Of a DNA stretch of 64,000 nt, positions 62,509 through 64,000 are shown in pieces; within the stretch, counting starts at the first letter, position 1; each line of letters starts with the position of its first letter. The notes beneath the pieces are model-generated. The model worked only from the letters and a program-made list of their open reading frames with translations, searched no databases and was not told the origin of the DNA. The stretch is from an uncultured Chloroflexia bacterium (GTDB lineage: Bacteria > Chloroflexota > Anaerolineae > Anaerolineales > Villigracilaceae): positions 338,687 through 402,686 of the forward strand of contig CAWDEV010000003.1 in the NCBI GenBank assembly GCA_963801385.1, written 5' to 3'. A program made the translations under genes and the position numbers.

Positions 62509-63303
62509 ATGGGCACATATTCTAAAATAAAATTTGTCTCTCTTATTCTCACTACCATTATGCTTGTCACTTCATCATGCAGTACTTTTTTACCGCAGCC
62601 AACACCTACATTATCGGCTATTGCATCCACTGAAACACCAGTTTCCAGTTTCACTCCCACAGTCAGCAGCACACCTGTCCCATCAGTTACACCTTCTCCA
62701 CCACCGACGAGAACTTCGAAACCACAGCCAAGCTGGGTGACCGAATTTGCCCAGCCGATCCTCTCCACCATCGCTGGAGGCATTCCAAGTTTTCAAGACG
62801 ATTTTGGCGCTGGATCAGCCGGTTGGAACAAAGATTATTGCGAAGGAAGTTTGAAGTATATCGAAGGGGAACTGGTTGCCACAAAATGCAGATTTTTTCG
62901 TCCCAATACTGACTGGCACGACTTTGTTTCAGAAGTTGACATGCGCTTTTTGGAAGGCACACCATCATCCGGTGAGTGGTCCCTACATTTCCGGGATGTA
63001 GGCAATTCCGGCCACAGCCTGACGTTATATCACAGCGGCTATCTTGCCATCAGTTTCACCAAAGCAAAGGGAGCATCCGAATATATAGAATTTGATCATC
63101 CCGCATTATCAAATGATCAAATCCATCACATCCTGCTCATTGCCAAAGGAAACAAATTCGCGTTTTATCTGGATAACCAACCTTTATACTCTGCCAAAAA
63201 TGACGAATACCGTTTTGGCAGGTGCATTTTTTATGTAGAATCAGGAACAGTGGCAATGGACAATTTCAGAATTTGGAATATTGCGGACATCCAAACCCCT
63301 TGA
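62509..63303 (+). CDS. Probable lipoprotein with a concanavalin-A-like (LamG/DUF1080-type) domain
   Basis: It starts at MGTYSKIKFVSLILTTIMLVTSSC and has a Pro/Thr/Ser linker. The C-terminal WHDFVSEVDMRF...HILLIAKGNKFAFYLDNQPLY...VAMDNFRIWNI is typical of a lectin-like jelly roll. Confidence 0.6.
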   Translation: MGTYSKIKFVSLILTTIMLVTSSCSTFLPQPTPTLSAIASTETPVSSFTPTVSSTPVPSVTPSPPPTRTSKPQPSWVTEFAQPILSTIAGGIPSFQDDFGAGSAGWNKDYCEGSLKYIEGELVATKCRFFRPNTDWHDFVSEVDMRFLEGTPSSGEWSLHFRDVGNSGHSLTLYHSGYLAISFTKAKGASEYIEFDHPALSNDQIHHILLIAKGNKFAFYLDNQPLYSAKNDEYRFGRCIFYVESGTVAMDNFRIWNIADIQTP

Positions 63304-63525
63304 CAATATCCATCACCGAAATGAGGCCCTACACAGTGTCCAACGGACGGGGCTTTACCCCGCGGGTACGGTGCGCGATTTGGGAGAAATGGCGCGATAA
63401 TATCAAGTGGGTGAGCTATGTCGTGCTCACTCTGGTGAGCCAAGCCTTTGGGCAACCATTCCGCAGAGAATTATTTACAGGATGGAAAATGACGTTGGCT
63501 GACATAAGTTCAATTTCCACAATCG

Positions 63526-64000
63526 TTGCAGTGTGCGGTTATTGTTACTCTTGCCTTTACTTATCGACAAATAAAGGAAATGGTACAAGCAAGATACCTG
63601 GAAGCACTTCTTGAAGTATTTAATAAACTGACGCCAGAAGAAATTAGTCAATCCAGGAGATATATTTTAGCCAACCCTCTTCCTGAACCAGGTAATGCTT
63701 CACCAGAAGTTTATGAACAAATGCACAAAGTATGGGTTTCTTTTGACAATCTTGGACTCATGGTTCATAACAAAATGTTGCCAAAAGAGATTGCTTTACC
63801 AATGTTTTATGGCCAAACAATTAAATTTTGGAACAAACTTGAAAAGCATATTCAATATGAAGAATACATCAGGAAAACTTGGTATCAAATTTATTTTAAA
63901 GAGTTTTACGAATTGAGTCGTCAATACTCTCTAAAACTGGTTAAGCAAAAAGAACGAGTAGCAGAAAAAGCATATAAGAAAGATAACTTTGGAAAAGCGC
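63526..64000 (+). CDS. Hypothetical helical protein, AT-rich, running off the right edge; the N-terminus may be frameshifted
   Basis: The frame is open from 63508 to 64000 by hand translation: ...VIVTLAFTYRQIKEMVQARYLEALLEVFNKLTPEEISQSRRYILANPLPEP...KAYKKDNFGKA. It is absent from the ORF track because no stop lies in the window. Possible starts are TTG 63526 or ATG 63580. Confidence 0.45.
   Translation, partial: MQCAVIVTLAFTYRQIKEMVQARYLEALLEVFNKLTPEEISQSRRYILANPLPEPGNASPEVYEQMHKVWVSFDNLGLMVHNKMLPKEIALPMFYGQTIKFWNKLEKHIQYEEYIRKTWYQIYFKEFYELSRQYSLKLVKQKERVAEKAYKKDNFGKA

Noticed and set aside
63222-63614. 130-aa ORF overlapping the end of the lipoprotein gene
   Set aside because: Its first 27 codons overlap the well-supported lipoprotein CDS. 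Only its last part (from ATG 63489) may be meaningful, as the possible frameshifted N-terminus of the terminal gene.

Overview
This is a gene-dense 64-kb bacterial chromosomal window, moderately GC-rich with several visibly AT-richer patches. The protein flavour suggests a Chloroflexota/Anaerolineae-like organism, but I cannot verify that. All calls come from reading the ORF track and the DNA by eye; no searches were run.

Contents, left to right:
1. A sugar/polyol-type catabolic cluster: HAD hydrolase (edge-truncated), AlkP-family enzyme, long Fe-ADH/G1PDH-like protein, FGGY kinase, TIM-barrel protein and Hyi-like isomerase.
2. NYN/YacP-like and DegV genes.
3. A copper locus (csoR-copZ-copA, a membrane-cupredoxin fusion, a second copZ) split by an intact IS1182-family element.
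4. PAS protein, tRNA-Arg(GCG), surE, a Ddl-like ATP-grasp gene, tRNA-Ser(GGA) with a duplicated 3' end, rpsA and an M19 dipeptidase.
5. A six-gene polyphosphate cluster: PPK2, PPK1, SixA, PPX, CYTH-HTH-CHAD, PPK2.
6. A 1.2-kb repeat-laden non-coding gap holding a tRNA-Glu 3' relic.
7. About 13 kb of minus-strand membrane and cation genes ending at an intact tRNA-Glu. It includes two P-type ATPases, ArsR, DedA, DUF456, YbaN and small membrane proteins, and is a candidate decayed island.
8. A housekeeping string: deoC, lepB, a methyltransferase, a phosphatase and prs.
9. The most unusual part. It runs, on the minus strand, from a zinc-ribbon membrane protein and a DUF2207-like protein with a (Cys-Ala)n tail, through a REP-flanked RAYT transposase, into a radical-SAM/SPASM maturase (frameshifted), an M28 lipoprotein peptidase, a PAS protein and a membrane-anchored Cys-less pseudo-rSAM paralog.
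10. A fused B12-domain/glutamate-mutase-E-like protein coupled to an opine dehydrogenase.
11. A 950-bp intergenic region packed with tandem hairpin repeats.
12. An AT-richer tail of secreted and accessory genes.

Several families of short interspersed or tandem intergenic repeats recur across the window: REP palindromes, CGAAT/ATTCG 7-9-bp arrays, CAGGTA octamers and CAGGCGGG/AAGTGCGC modules. No CRISPR array, rRNA or reverse transcriptase was seen.
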